Below, piece after piece: positions 1-8,427 of a stretch of DNA of 64,000 nucleotides. The position numbers and the translations under genes are program-made. The DNA is from Chitinophagaceae bacterium (GTDB taxonomy: Bacteria; Bacteroidota; Bacteroidia; Chitinophagales; Chitinophagaceae), in the NCBI GenBank assembly GCA_039935335.1, contig JBDTKK010000099.1, positions 659 through 64,658 on the forward strand. The letters are read 5' to 3'. Position 1 is the stretch's first letter, and each line of letters opens with the position of its first letter. The notes beneath the pieces are model-generated. The model made no database searches and was not told the DNA's origin. It saw only the letters and a list, made by a program, of their open reading frames with translations.

Positions 1-1496
1 TGGGCATGCCCGACCGCGATTACTATTTCAATAAAGATGCACGCAGTACCAAAATCAGGGATGCCTACAAGCAATATCTCGTGAAGCTGATGACTTTGAT
101 GGGCGATAGCAATGCTACGGCGGATGCTGCGGCAGAATACAAACTTGAAGAAACGCTTGCCGCCGCTTCCATGACCAAAGTGGAACAGCGTGACCCTTAT
201 AATGTTTATCACAAAATGAGCATTAGTAGCTTGAATACAGCAACTCCAGGTGTAGATTGGAAGGGAGTTTTCACCGACCTCAAGATTACAAATCAGGATA
301 GCTGCATCGTAGGTCAGCCGAAGTTTTTTGCAGAAATCGCGAAGCAATTGAAAGCTACGCCACTGCCCGTTTGGAAGAATTATTTGAAGACGCAAATGGT
401 GATGGACATGAGTCCTTACTTAAGTGCCAACTTCGACGACGCTCATTTTGATTTCTTCGGTCGTACACTACGCGGACAAGAAGCGCAACGCCCACGCTGG
501 AAGCGTGTTTTGGGTGTAGTTGATGGTTCTGTAGGCGACATGCTTGGTCAGCTTTACGTTGACAAAAACTTTAAGCCAGAAGCCAAAAAACGCATGCTTG
601 ATTTGGTAAACAACCTACAGGAAACTTATGCAGAGCGCATCAAGAACTTGGATTGGATGAGTCAGGAAACTAAAGAAAAAGCCTTGACTAAACTTCATGG
701 CTTTATGAAGAAAATAGGCTACACGGATAAGTGGAAGACTTACGCAGGAATGAAGATTGTGCCAGACAATTATGTTGCCAATATTTTCAATGCTTCAGAG
801 TGGGAATACAATTACAATATAAACAAATTGGGCAAGCCAGTTGACAAAACAGAATGGGGCATGACACCGCCAACGGTGAATGCCTATTACAATCCTGCTT
901 TCAACGAAATCGTTTTCCCTGCCGGTATTTTGCAATATCCATTCTTCTCCGAGAAGGCTGATGATGCCGTAAATTACGGTGGAATCGGTGCCGTAATTGG
1001 CCACGAAATGACGCACGGATTTGACGACCAAGGTCGGCAATACGATGTGAATGGTAATCTGAAAGATTGGTGGACTTCTGCTGATTCTGCCAACTTTGTA
1101 AAACGTGCCGATAGAGTGGTTGATCAGTTCAATAACTACACCGTTTTAGATACCGTTCATGTGAATGGCCGCCTCACTGAAGGAGAAAATCTTGCAGACC
1201 TTGGTGGTGTCACGATTGCCTACCAAGCTTTCCAGAAAACCGAAGAAGCAAAAAGCGGCAAAAAGATTGATGGCTTTACTCCAGATCAACGGTTCTTCCT
1301 AAGTTGGGCGCAGGTTTGGCGCAGTAATACGCGTCCTGAGGAAATTGCATCGCGCATTGTGACTGATCCGCACTCTCCAAGTGAGCTGCGTGCCAATGGT
1401 CCCTTGAGTAATTTTGAACCTTTCTATAAAGCGTTCAACGTGAAACCAGGCGATAAAATGTATCGTGTGGATAGCACGAGAGCTAAGGTTTGGTAG
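1..1496 (+). CDS. M13 family (neprilysin/PepO-like) zinc metallopeptidase, C-terminal ~496 aa; 5' end probably outside the window
   Basis: HExxH zinc site in GAVIGHEMTHGFDDQG. Family-typical NAYYNPAFNEIVFPAGILQYPFF and GENLADLGG blocks, and a C-terminal ...RVDSTRAKVW. Family members are usually ~670-690 aa, and the frame is open to base 1. Confidence 0.9.
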   Translation, partial: GMPDRDYYFNKDARSTKIRDAYKQYLVKLMTLMGDSNATADAAAEYKLEETLAAASMTKVEQRDPYNVYHKMSISSLNTATPGVDWKGVFTDLKITNQDSCIVGQPKFFAEIAKQLKATPLPVWKNYLKTQMVMDMSPYLSANFDDAHFDFFGRTLRGQEAQRPRWKRVLGVVDGSVGDMLGQLYVDKNFKPEAKKRMLDLVNNLQETYAERIKNLDWMSQETKEKALTKLHGFMKKIGYTDKWKTYAGMKIVPDNYVANIFNASEWEYNYNINKLGKPVDKTEWGMTPPTVNAYYNPAFNEIVFPAGILQYPFFSEKADDAVNYGGIGAVIGHEMTHGFDDQGRQYDVNGNLKDWWTSADSANFVKRADRVVDQFNNYTVLDTVHVNGRLTEGENLADLGGVTIAYQAFQKTEEAKSGKKIDGFTPDQRFFLSWAQVWRSNTRPEEIASRIVTDPHSPSELRANGPLSNFEPFYKAFNVKPGDKMYRVDSTRAKVW

Positions 1497-1525
1497 GAAA
1501 ATCAGGATTAGTATTTTCAGAAAAA

Positions 1526-1550
1526 GGGTCGCCGAAGGCGACCCTTTTTC
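1526..1550 (+). terminator. Rho-independent terminator after the M13 peptidase gene
   Basis: Perfect 8-bp stem GGGTCGCC / GGCGACCC with loop GAAG, followed by TTTTT. Confidence 0.8.
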
Positions 1551-1997
1551 TTGTGTGATAGAAGTGAGTTTATCCCGTTTAGGCTCCCATTTTAGACCAA
1601 AAAATCTTTCATTTTTCACGCGCATCCCAGACTTACCTCTCTGGGAGGAAGGATTATTTGGGAAAGTTCAGGAGCTAGGGATTTTTAGGTGTCTATTTGG
1701 CATTATTCGAACTGTAGTGAAACGTCCAAAAACAGAAAGAAACAGTCAATAAATATCTAAACAAGCGATAGTAAGCAGCTAAAGTTGGCGACGAGGAAAT
1801 AGGGTGTCATTTGAAGATAAAGGTTTCTCCCGCATAATGCAAAGGCGAAGATTGACTTTAAAAAAACTGCTTTTCAATAGGCCAAACAGGGCTTCATTTG
1901 GCAAATCTCCCAAACCTTCAATCTGATTAGCTTGAATTGAACCCACAAAAAACCCCGCAGCTCGCGCCACAGGGAAAAAAAAATTCTTGAAATAAAC

Positions 1998-2258
1998 TTA
2001 TCCGTTTTGAGCCTGACGCTTATATTCAATCATACCAGGGTCTTCGTAACTAGAAACTAGCGTACAGAAATGCCCAATAATTGCCAAACTCCAAGCAGCA
2101 ACTGGCCAAGCGTGCCAAGGGTAAACCCAACCATTTACAGCTTTTTCCTGCCCTGCATGATACATAAACATTGCTGTTACGCCGACGATATAAATGGCAA
2201 GGTGAACGAAGAAAATAGTCTTTTGACGACTGGTAGCTTTAATTCTGTTGTGAGACAT
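1998..2258 (-). CDS. Small 2TM-domain membrane protein
   Basis: 86 aa with two hydrophobic helices (IFFVHLAIYIVGVTAMFMY and WPVAAWSLAIIGHFCTLV). The layout resembles the 2TM domain family. Confidence 0.55.
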   Translation of the reverse strand: MSHNRIKATSRQKTIFFVHLAIYIVGVTAMFMYHAGQEKAVNGWVYPWHAWPVAAWSLAIIGHFCTLVSSYEDPGMIEYKRQAQNG

Positions 2259-2317
2259 AGTATTGTTGATGAACGCCGCAAAGATAAAGGCCTGAAACGA
2301 AAAACAAAAAGCATTCT

Positions 2318-2725
2318 TCAGCTTTTTCCGAAGTCTTTTTGCACAAATTGTTGATAGGCGCTAAGGTCAAATGATTCCATGATTTCAGGATGCCCTTCTG
2401 CGGCTCTCGCTTCAACTTCGAAGGCGTTGTCGTAGTAGCCATTCTTTCGGAATTCCCTTAAATATTGAATCAGAAATCGGAAAAGGCCGAGCTGTTGGTA
2501 TTGCTCCAAGTGCTTAAATTCATGAAAAACCCAAGTTGGTTTCGCAAAAAAATCCGCCTTTGAAGTGTTATGTAAATGAATGGTTTTCCCAAACACAATA
2601 GCCACACTATCGTACCCCATTTTTAGAGCTGCAACCCGCGCCAGTAAAGAGTTTTCGCGAATTTGGACCTTTAGCTTTCCCATTCTCTCTATCAAATAAA
2701 AAGCGCTCCAAATGGAACGCTTCAA
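2318..2725 (-). CDS. DUF4157-like putative zinc metallopeptidase domain protein
   Basis: The HEFKH (HExxH) motif is preceded by AIVFGKTIHL, matching the DUF4157 pattern (xITLGxxI ... HELxHxxQ). Confidence 0.5.
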   Translation of the reverse strand: MKRSIWSAFYLIERMGKLKVQIRENSLLARVAALKMGYDSVAIVFGKTIHLHNTSKADFFAKPTWVFHEFKHLEQYQQLGLFRFLIQYLREFRKNGYYDNAFEVEARAAEGHPEIMESFDLSAYQQFVQKDFGKS

Positions 2726-2745
2726 TTTACTTTTAAAAAAAAAAT

Positions 2746-3315
2746 TTAGGCTCTAACAGACTTGAAATTCCCAGCTTTCTCCCAGTTGCCAAATGCTGCC
2801 CAACCACCAAAAAGTAAAGCGCTGAACATAAAGGTTGCCGCTAAAGACGTGTATAAAAATGGGAGGCCAAGTACATAGGTTTGGAATAAACCTTCGCCAG
2901 TCATTGGCAGGTTGTAACCACCATGACCAATCCAAGTGGCAAAATTGGAAGTAAGGAAATAAAGTATCGGAGCAGCCACACTTCCTGCGGCAATCTTCAA
3001 AATATTGACGCGCCCCATACCGATGCCAACAAACACGATACCGGCAAGCAGCAGATAATTTATCCACTGCCCTTCATAAAAACCTGCGATGTTCGTGAGC
3101 CCGCTCCTATAAAGGACTTCAAACAAAACGTCTGATATGAGCATGGAGAAAATTGGCAACGCAAAAGCCCATTTTTTGCTTTTTAGAATTGCACCGCCAA
3201 AGAGTGCAATGGCGATTTGTGGTGCAAAACCCATTGGCCTTCCAGGTACAATACGATATAGCGCTGCTACAGCGATCAATAGGATAAAGGCTATAAGAAG
3301 CTTGTTGTTTTTCAT
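2746..3315 (-). CDS. Polytopic inner-membrane protein of unknown function (possibly DUF6580/ECF-S-like)
   Basis: About 6 predicted TM helices. The start was moved to the internal MKNNKLLIAF, which begins the first hydrophobic helix. The longer ORF start at 3381 is also possible. Confidence 0.55.
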   Translation of the reverse strand: MKNNKLLIAFILLIAVAALYRIVPGRPMGFAPQIAIALFGGAILKSKKWAFALPIFSMLISDVLFEVLYRSGLTNIAGFYEGQWINYLLLAGIVFVGIGMGRVNILKIAAGSVAAPILYFLTSNFATWIGHGGYNLPMTGEGLFQTYVLGLPFLYTSLAATFMFSALLFGGWAAFGNWEKAGNFKSVRA

Positions 3316-3402
3316 TTCAATTCTGTTTGAGGCAAAAGTAATTAAAGCAAAGTAACGGTGTCGTTTCAATGTGGATTGCACGGAAAAAGTGGGAATAAGT
3401 TT

Positions 3403-5364
3403 TTAGGCAAGTACCGGCGCGTCCACCCAAACTCCAGATTCCTGAAGGAGTTTTATCAGCTCATCGACTGCGATTTCACTGGGCACATTCCGCTTCACCA
3501 CTTCTTTGCTTTTGTATAAAGTAATCTTTCCAGGGCCGCTGCCAACATATCCGAAATCAGCATCCGCCATTTCTCCAGGACCATTGACAATACAGCCCAT
3601 CACGGCAATTTTAAGCCCCTTTAAATGCGCTGTCGCAGCTCGGATTTTTGCTGTAGTTTCCTGAAGGTCAAAAAGTGTGCGGCCACAAGAAGGACATGAA
3701 ATGTATTCCGTTTTAGAAATCCTAGTTCTTGTGGCCTGTAAAATGGAAAATGCGAGTTCATTCAAAAACTTATTTCCAAGGCTATTTTCTAGGGTGTTTT
3801 CAGGTTCTGTCATCAGCCAGATTCCGTTTCCTTTTCCCTCTAAAAATAGAGCCCCAGATTGGATAGAAAGCTCCGCAATCAGCCTGTCTTCATTATGCGA
3901 ATGGCTTGCTGGCGCAATGATTACTGGAACTTGGATTTCCGCATTTTCCAAAAAATTAAAAAACTTCCGAAATGCTGCCAGTTGCGCCTTTGCGCTTGAA
4001 TAAATGCACAAAACTACTTTTGGATATTCTGTGACTTTTAAAGCGATTTCAGGGGCATTTTCTAAGGATGCATCCAGACTAACAAAATTCAAAATGGGCG
4101 AACTTTCGCTCGATGCCAAAAAGGCTTCCGCTTCAAAAAGAGGAAACACATTTTGTGCGGATTTTTGCCCTTTCCAAATTGCAGCATTGCAGATGACTCC
4201 CAATGTCCCGGGAAGGGAAAAACCTATCAAATTATCTCCTGTAAAAAGATAGTCGGCCGCACCATCACTGATATTCCATTTGTCTAAAATCGGACTGTAG
4301 TGATACCCTATTTCTAGCAAATCTTTAGGAGAAATGGAGTTATGATGCATGTAGTCTGCAACCACCACAGGCACTTGGTTTCCGCCAATATTTTTTACGA
4401 CTATCGAGCTTCTTTTTTGGAAAGGATGAGGGCCAATATTCTTCGAAACTTTTTCATGAATTTCCAGTTGACTTTGTCCAGAAGATTTATCCCGCATATC
4501 GTCACAAGCGGCAACAATTTCTCTGCAAACAGGCAGTTCAAATTCTGGCTCTTCGGTGAGGCTTACACGGATGGTATCACCAATACCTTCGGCCAATAAT
4601 ATCCCGATACCAATGCTGCTTTTCACACGTCCGTCCATGCCGTCTCCGGCTTCGGTGACACCTAAATGGAGTGGATAATATTCCCCAAACTCATCGCCCA
4701 TATGCTTTACCAGCAAGCGATACGCTTCTACCATCACCATCGGATTAGAGCTTTTCATGCTCAAGATGATTTGGTGATAATCCGCACTTCGGGCTATCCG
4801 CAAAAACTCCATTGCACTTTCCACCATGCCCAAAGCGGTGTCGCCATATCGACTCATGATGCGGTCGCTAAGGGAACCGTGATTGGTACCAATTCGCATG
4901 GCTGTGCCGTGCTCTTTACAAATCAAAACCAAGGGCATAAACCGCTCTTTAATTCGAACGATTTCGGCATCGTATTCAGCATCTGTATAATCAATTTGGG
5001 CAAACTTTTTCTTGTCCACATAATTGCCTGGATTGACGCGAACTTTTTCAATAATTCTCGCGGCAATTTCTGCGGCATTGGGTGTGAAATGGATGTCAGC
5101 AACCAAGGGTGTGTCGAACCCTGCTGCTCTGATTTGGTCTTTGATTGCCTGTAGGTTCTCTGCTTCTGTTTTACTCGGCGCAGTTATGCGCACAAGTTCC
5201 GCGCCAGCTTTGATACACCGAATAGATTGCGCTACGGTAGCTTCAGTGTTTAAAGTATCGGTAGTCGTCATCGTCTGAATGCAAATAGGATGACCGCTAC
5301 CGATAAGTACATTGCCCACACGGACCTCGCGTGTTGGCAGCCGAAAAGAAGATGTTGATTGCAT
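3403..5364 (-). CDS. ispG: 4-hydroxy-3-methylbut-2-en-1-yl diphosphate synthase, long form with inserted domain
   Basis: N-terminal TIM-barrel block RVGNVLIGSGHPICIQTMTTTDT. C-terminal 4Fe-4S block ISCPSCGRT ... VMGCIVNGPGEMADADFGYVG. At 653 aa it fits the Bacteroidota/plant-type insertion form. Confidence 0.93.
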   Translation of the reverse strand: MQSTSSFRLPTREVRVGNVLIGSGHPICIQTMTTTDTLNTEATVAQSIRCIKAGAELVRITAPSKTEAENLQAIKDQIRAAGFDTPLVADIHFTPNAAEIAARIIEKVRVNPGNYVDKKKFAQIDYTDAEYDAEIVRIKERFMPLVLICKEHGTAMRIGTNHGSLSDRIMSRYGDTALGMVESAMEFLRIARSADYHQIILSMKSSNPMVMVEAYRLLVKHMGDEFGEYYPLHLGVTEAGDGMDGRVKSSIGIGILLAEGIGDTIRVSLTEEPEFELPVCREIVAACDDMRDKSSGQSQLEIHEKVSKNIGPHPFQKRSSIVVKNIGGNQVPVVVADYMHHNSISPKDLLEIGYHYSPILDKWNISDGAADYLFTGDNLIGFSLPGTLGVICNAAIWKGQKSAQNVFPLFEAEAFLASSESSPILNFVSLDASLENAPEIALKVTEYPKVVLCIYSSAKAQLAAFRKFFNFLENAEIQVPVIIAPASHSHNEDRLIAELSIQSGALFLEGKGNGIWLMTEPENTLENSLGNKFLNELAFSILQATRTRISKTEYISCPSCGRTLFDLQETTAKIRAATAHLKGLKIAVMGCIVNGPGEMADADFGYVGSGPGKITLYKSKEVVKRNVPSEIAVDELIKLLQESGVWVDAPVLA

Positions 5365-5429
5365 GAAAGGACAAATTTACACGCGAGTATTCCCTTCAAA
5401 CTAAATAGAGGCATTGTTCCCCACTATTT

Positions 5430-6311
5430 TTGCATTTCATGCTGCTTCGATTTTACCGGTTATTCCTGTTGTTGTTCCTGTTCTTCTTTTCTGGAGCAAA
5501 CCCGCTTGCAGCAAGGGTTTCAGCTCTGGATTATGGCATCGTAATTTCGCCTTTTGATTCCATTCGAATTTCCAAATCATACCAAGTTGCAGCGGACAGC
5601 ATAGTTCACATGACTTCAACATTTCAGGCACATGTAGAATATCAGATAGTGCGGCGGCAATCGGCAAAAAACAGAAGTACTGATTTTTACTTCCTTCTGG
5701 CTTTAGTTATCATTCTAGGATTAATTCGGTATAGCGATGGGCGCTATTTCTCACTAATTACGGGAGCTTTTCGGAGTGGTGTCAGCAGACAATGGCAAGA
5801 AATGCTTCAGGCTTCCATCGTTTCCAATGTGGCAATGAATGTCTTTTTCTGTGCGGTTGCTGGAATATTCGTTTACTATCTCGCTGCGGAAAGCAGCACA
5901 GCATTCGCGGCGCGTTCCAAGCCTCTGATGATGCTCTTATTGATTTTGGGCATGATGATGATTTATATTGGGAAGTACCTCGTGCTCCATTTTGCAGGCT
6001 GGGCTTTTAGCCAGAAAGCACTATCTAGCGAATATCTTTTTCAGGTTTTTCTCGTCAACAAAATCACAGGGATTGTGCTTTTGCCCTTTGTCATTTTACT
6101 TGCATTTGCAGGCTCGGAATGGCTCGTACCCATCACCGTAGTGTCCTCGACAATAGTAGCAGCCATGCTTTTTACTCGTTATCTGCGGTCGTGGCCTGCT
6201 ATGCAAAAGCTTTTTCGCGGCTCTGCATTTCACTTTTTTACCTACCTTTGCGCTTCGGAAATCTTGCCTATGGCTGTGCTTGTCAAATGGATGATACATA
6301 TGATAAGCTGA
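5430..6311 (+). CDS. DUF4271 domain membrane protein
   Basis: Multi-TM protein sitting directly upstream of a HemD-domain gene. This is the conserved Bacteroidota DUF4271-hemD pairing. Confidence 0.6.
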   Translation: MHFMLLRFYRLFLLLFLFFFSGANPLAARVSALDYGIVISPFDSIRISKSYQVAADSIVHMTSTFQAHVEYQIVRRQSAKNRSTDFYFLLALVIILGLIRYSDGRYFSLITGAFRSGVSRQWQEMLQASIVSNVAMNVFFCAVAGIFVYYLAAESSTAFAARSKPLMMLLLILGMMMIYIGKYLVLHFAGWAFSQKALSSEYLFQVFLVNKITGIVLLPFVILLAFAGSEWLVPITVVSSTIVAAMLFTRYLRSWPAMQKLFRGSAFHFFTYLCASEILPMAVLVKWMIHMIS

Positions 6312-6365
6312 TTCCCAAAATGTACACACCCGCTCTTCTTCTCCTAAAACACTTCGGATATTCAC

Positions 6366-8339
6366 ATGGCTAAAGCTGTTAGTACTACCAACAGTAAGCA
6401 TACTGCTACTAAGGCTGTAAAGACACCGGCAACGGCAAAGGATTCAAAGGCTGTAAAAAACAGTCCAAAAACTTCCGAAGTAAAAGCTACTCCAGCCAAA
6501 AAGGCTATAGTGAAAAAGGCAACCATTACTAAAAGCAGTTTAAAAAAGGTTGTTGCGGCAAAGAAAGCAGTTGCACCTAAGAAAGTTCTTGCAAAACCTG
6601 TGAGCCTACCTAAGAAGCCTGCAGCAAAAGTGGCATCCGCAAAAGCTAAAACGGCAACTGTAGTTAAGGCTAGCAAGAAAGTACCGGCGGTCAAGAAACT
6701 TGTAGCTAAAACGCTGGTAGTTAGAAAGCCTACGAAAAGCATTTCTAAAAAGATTGTTGTGGCGAAGAAAGTTGCTCCTAAAAAGGCAATAATCGCGCCC
6801 ACAAAGGCACTTCCTAAGAAAGTAACGGCAACAAAAAAGGCGGCAGTCGCAAAGAAAGTAGCTACTCCAAAAAAGGCGATTTCAAAAGAAAAAATAGCAT
6901 CTCCCGCAAAAGGCATTTCTAATATAAAGGTTACTCCAAAGAAGGTTGTAGCATCTAAAAAGGCGATTTCAAAGAAGGTAATAGCAACTCTTGAAACGAA
7001 CATTTCTAATAAAAAGACAACCTCAAAAAAGGTTGCTCCGAAGAAGGTTGTCACTGCTAAAAAAGCAATTTCAGAGAAGGTAATAGCAACTCCGGAAAAG
7101 AGCATTTTTACCAAAAAGACTACTCCAAAAAAGGTAGCGCCAAAGAAGATCGTAGCTTCTAAAAAGACCGTTGAAAAGAAGGTAATAGCAACTCCCGAAA
7201 AGAGCATTTCTAGTAAGAAAACTAATCCTAAAAAGCTTGCTCCAAAGAAGAATAATGTTCCTAAAAAGGCGGTCAAAAGAGTAGCTACATCGCCAGAAGT
7301 ACTCAAGTCCGACAAAGAGAAAGTTTCCCAAAAAACTGCTGCAAAAAAGGCTGTAGCTTCTAAAAAGCCTGTAGCTACCAAAAAGGAAGTAACGCCTAAG
7401 AAAACTGCCCTACCTAAAAAGGAAACTGCGCCTAAGAAAAAGGCTACACCAAAGAAAAAGGCAACCCCAAAAAAGAAATCTTCAGCTAAAAAGGCGCAAT
7501 CAAAGAATACACCTAAGCCCAAACCGGCGGAGCTGGTAAAGGAAATTTCAGCTCAGGTAGAAGCCGTTAAGCAACACCTGAATTTGGATAAGGCTGTAAG
7601 CAGAATTCTTATCACACAGCCTCGCCCCGATTCTGATAGAAGCCCCTATTTTGAACTGGCCAAGAAATACAATATCGACCTAGATTTCTTTCCATTCATT
7701 CGAGTGGAAGGCGTTACTGGGCGCGACTTTCGTCGGCAGCGGGTGAACGTTCCAAACCATACTGCCATCGTGTTTACAAGCCGTAGTGCTGTGGATCATT
7801 TCTTCCGCATTTTGGATGAGATGAAAGTGCGTGTGAGTCAGGAAATGAAGTATTGCTGCATCACGGAAGCGGTGGCACTTTATCTTCAAAAATTCATTCT
7901 TTACCGCAAGAGGAAAGTGTTTTTCTCCGCTGATGGCAGCGTGCAAGGCTTGCTGGACGTTATTGGAAAACATAAGAACGAGAAATATGTAGTCCCTACA
8001 TCGGAAACAGGCAAGAACGAAATTGGAGCGTACATGACGAAGCATAGTATCGCATTTAGTGAGGCCACGCTGTACCGCACCATTAGCAATGATATTGACT
8101 CTGTGATGAAGAAATTCATGTACGATATGGTTGTGTTTTTCTCTCCATTTAGCGTCCAAACTTTGCAGGAACATACGCCGACCTTTAAGCAGAATGGTAC
8201 TGTTTTTGGGGCTTTTGGCCCTATTACTTCTAAAGCAATCGAAGACTTAGGTTTCCGCTTAGACGTAAAAGCTCCTGCGCCAAACGCACCTTCAATGGTC
8301 ACCGCGTTGGAGCAGTTTTTAGAAGCATTCAAGAAATAA
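6366..8339 (+). CDS. hemD: Uroporphyrinogen-III synthase (HemD) domain protein with a ~390-aa lysine/alanine/proline-rich histone-H1-like N-terminal extension
   Basis: The C-terminal ~250 aa (ILITQPRPDSDRSPYFELAKKY...FTSRSAVDHFF...VFFSPFSVQTL...GPITSKAIEDLG) has the HemD fold pattern. The N-terminal part is KKxAxPKK-type low complexity. It is a single uninterrupted frame with no in-frame ATG between 6366 and the HemD domain. The only alternative start is an in-frame TTG at 7584. Confidence 0.75.
   Translation: MAKAVSTTNSKHTATKAVKTPATAKDSKAVKNSPKTSEVKATPAKKAIVKKATITKSSLKKVVAAKKAVAPKKVLAKPVSLPKKPAAKVASAKAKTATVVKASKKVPAVKKLVAKTLVVRKPTKSISKKIVVAKKVAPKKAIIAPTKALPKKVTATKKAAVAKKVATPKKAISKEKIASPAKGISNIKVTPKKVVASKKAISKKVIATLETNISNKKTTSKKVAPKKVVTAKKAISEKVIATPEKSIFTKKTTPKKVAPKKIVASKKTVEKKVIATPEKSISSKKTNPKKLAPKKNNVPKKAVKRVATSPEVLKSDKEKVSQKTAAKKAVASKKPVATKKEVTPKKTALPKKETAPKKKATPKKKATPKKKSSAKKAQSKNTPKPKPAELVKEISAQVEAVKQHLNLDKAVSRILITQPRPDSDRSPYFELAKKYNIDLDFFPFIRVEGVTGRDFRRQRVNVPNHTAIVFTSRSAVDHFFRILDEMKVRVSQEMKYCCITEAVALYLQKFILYRKRKVFFSADGSVQGLLDVIGKHKNEKYVVPTSETGKNEIGAYMTKHSIAFSEATLYRTISNDIDSVMKKFMYDMVVFFSPFSVQTLQEHTPTFKQNGTVFGAFGPITSKAIEDLGFRLDVKAPAPNAPSMVTALEQFLEAFKK
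6879..7271 (+). repeat. In-frame 102-bp (34-aa) tandem repeats, 3 full copies plus 1 shorter copy, inside the K-rich extension
   Basis: Copies start at 6966, 7068 and 7170 (exact 102-bp spacing): ISKKVIATLETNISNKKTTSKKVAPKKVVTAKKA / ISEKVIATPEKSIFTKKTTPKKVAPKKIVASKKT / VEKKVIATPEKSISSKKTNPKKLAPKKNNVPKKA. A 29-aa related copy precedes them. Confidence 0.85.
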
Positions 8340-8427
8340 ATTCTTGCGTTTTTTAGCAAGGATTTCGGGTGGAATGCCTTTAGTTTTGCCCTGGAATTTT
8401 TCCCCGATTTTTTAGTTTTATTTACCC

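Noticed and set aside
6362-7522. 386-aa ORF on the minus strand, F/L/A/V/T/G-rich and membrane-looking
   Set aside because: It is the antisense shadow of the lysine/alanine-rich codons (AAG/AAA/GCN read as CTT/TTT/NGC). It is low complexity, it mirrors the sense repeat structure exactly, and the sense frame continues into a recognisable HemD domain.
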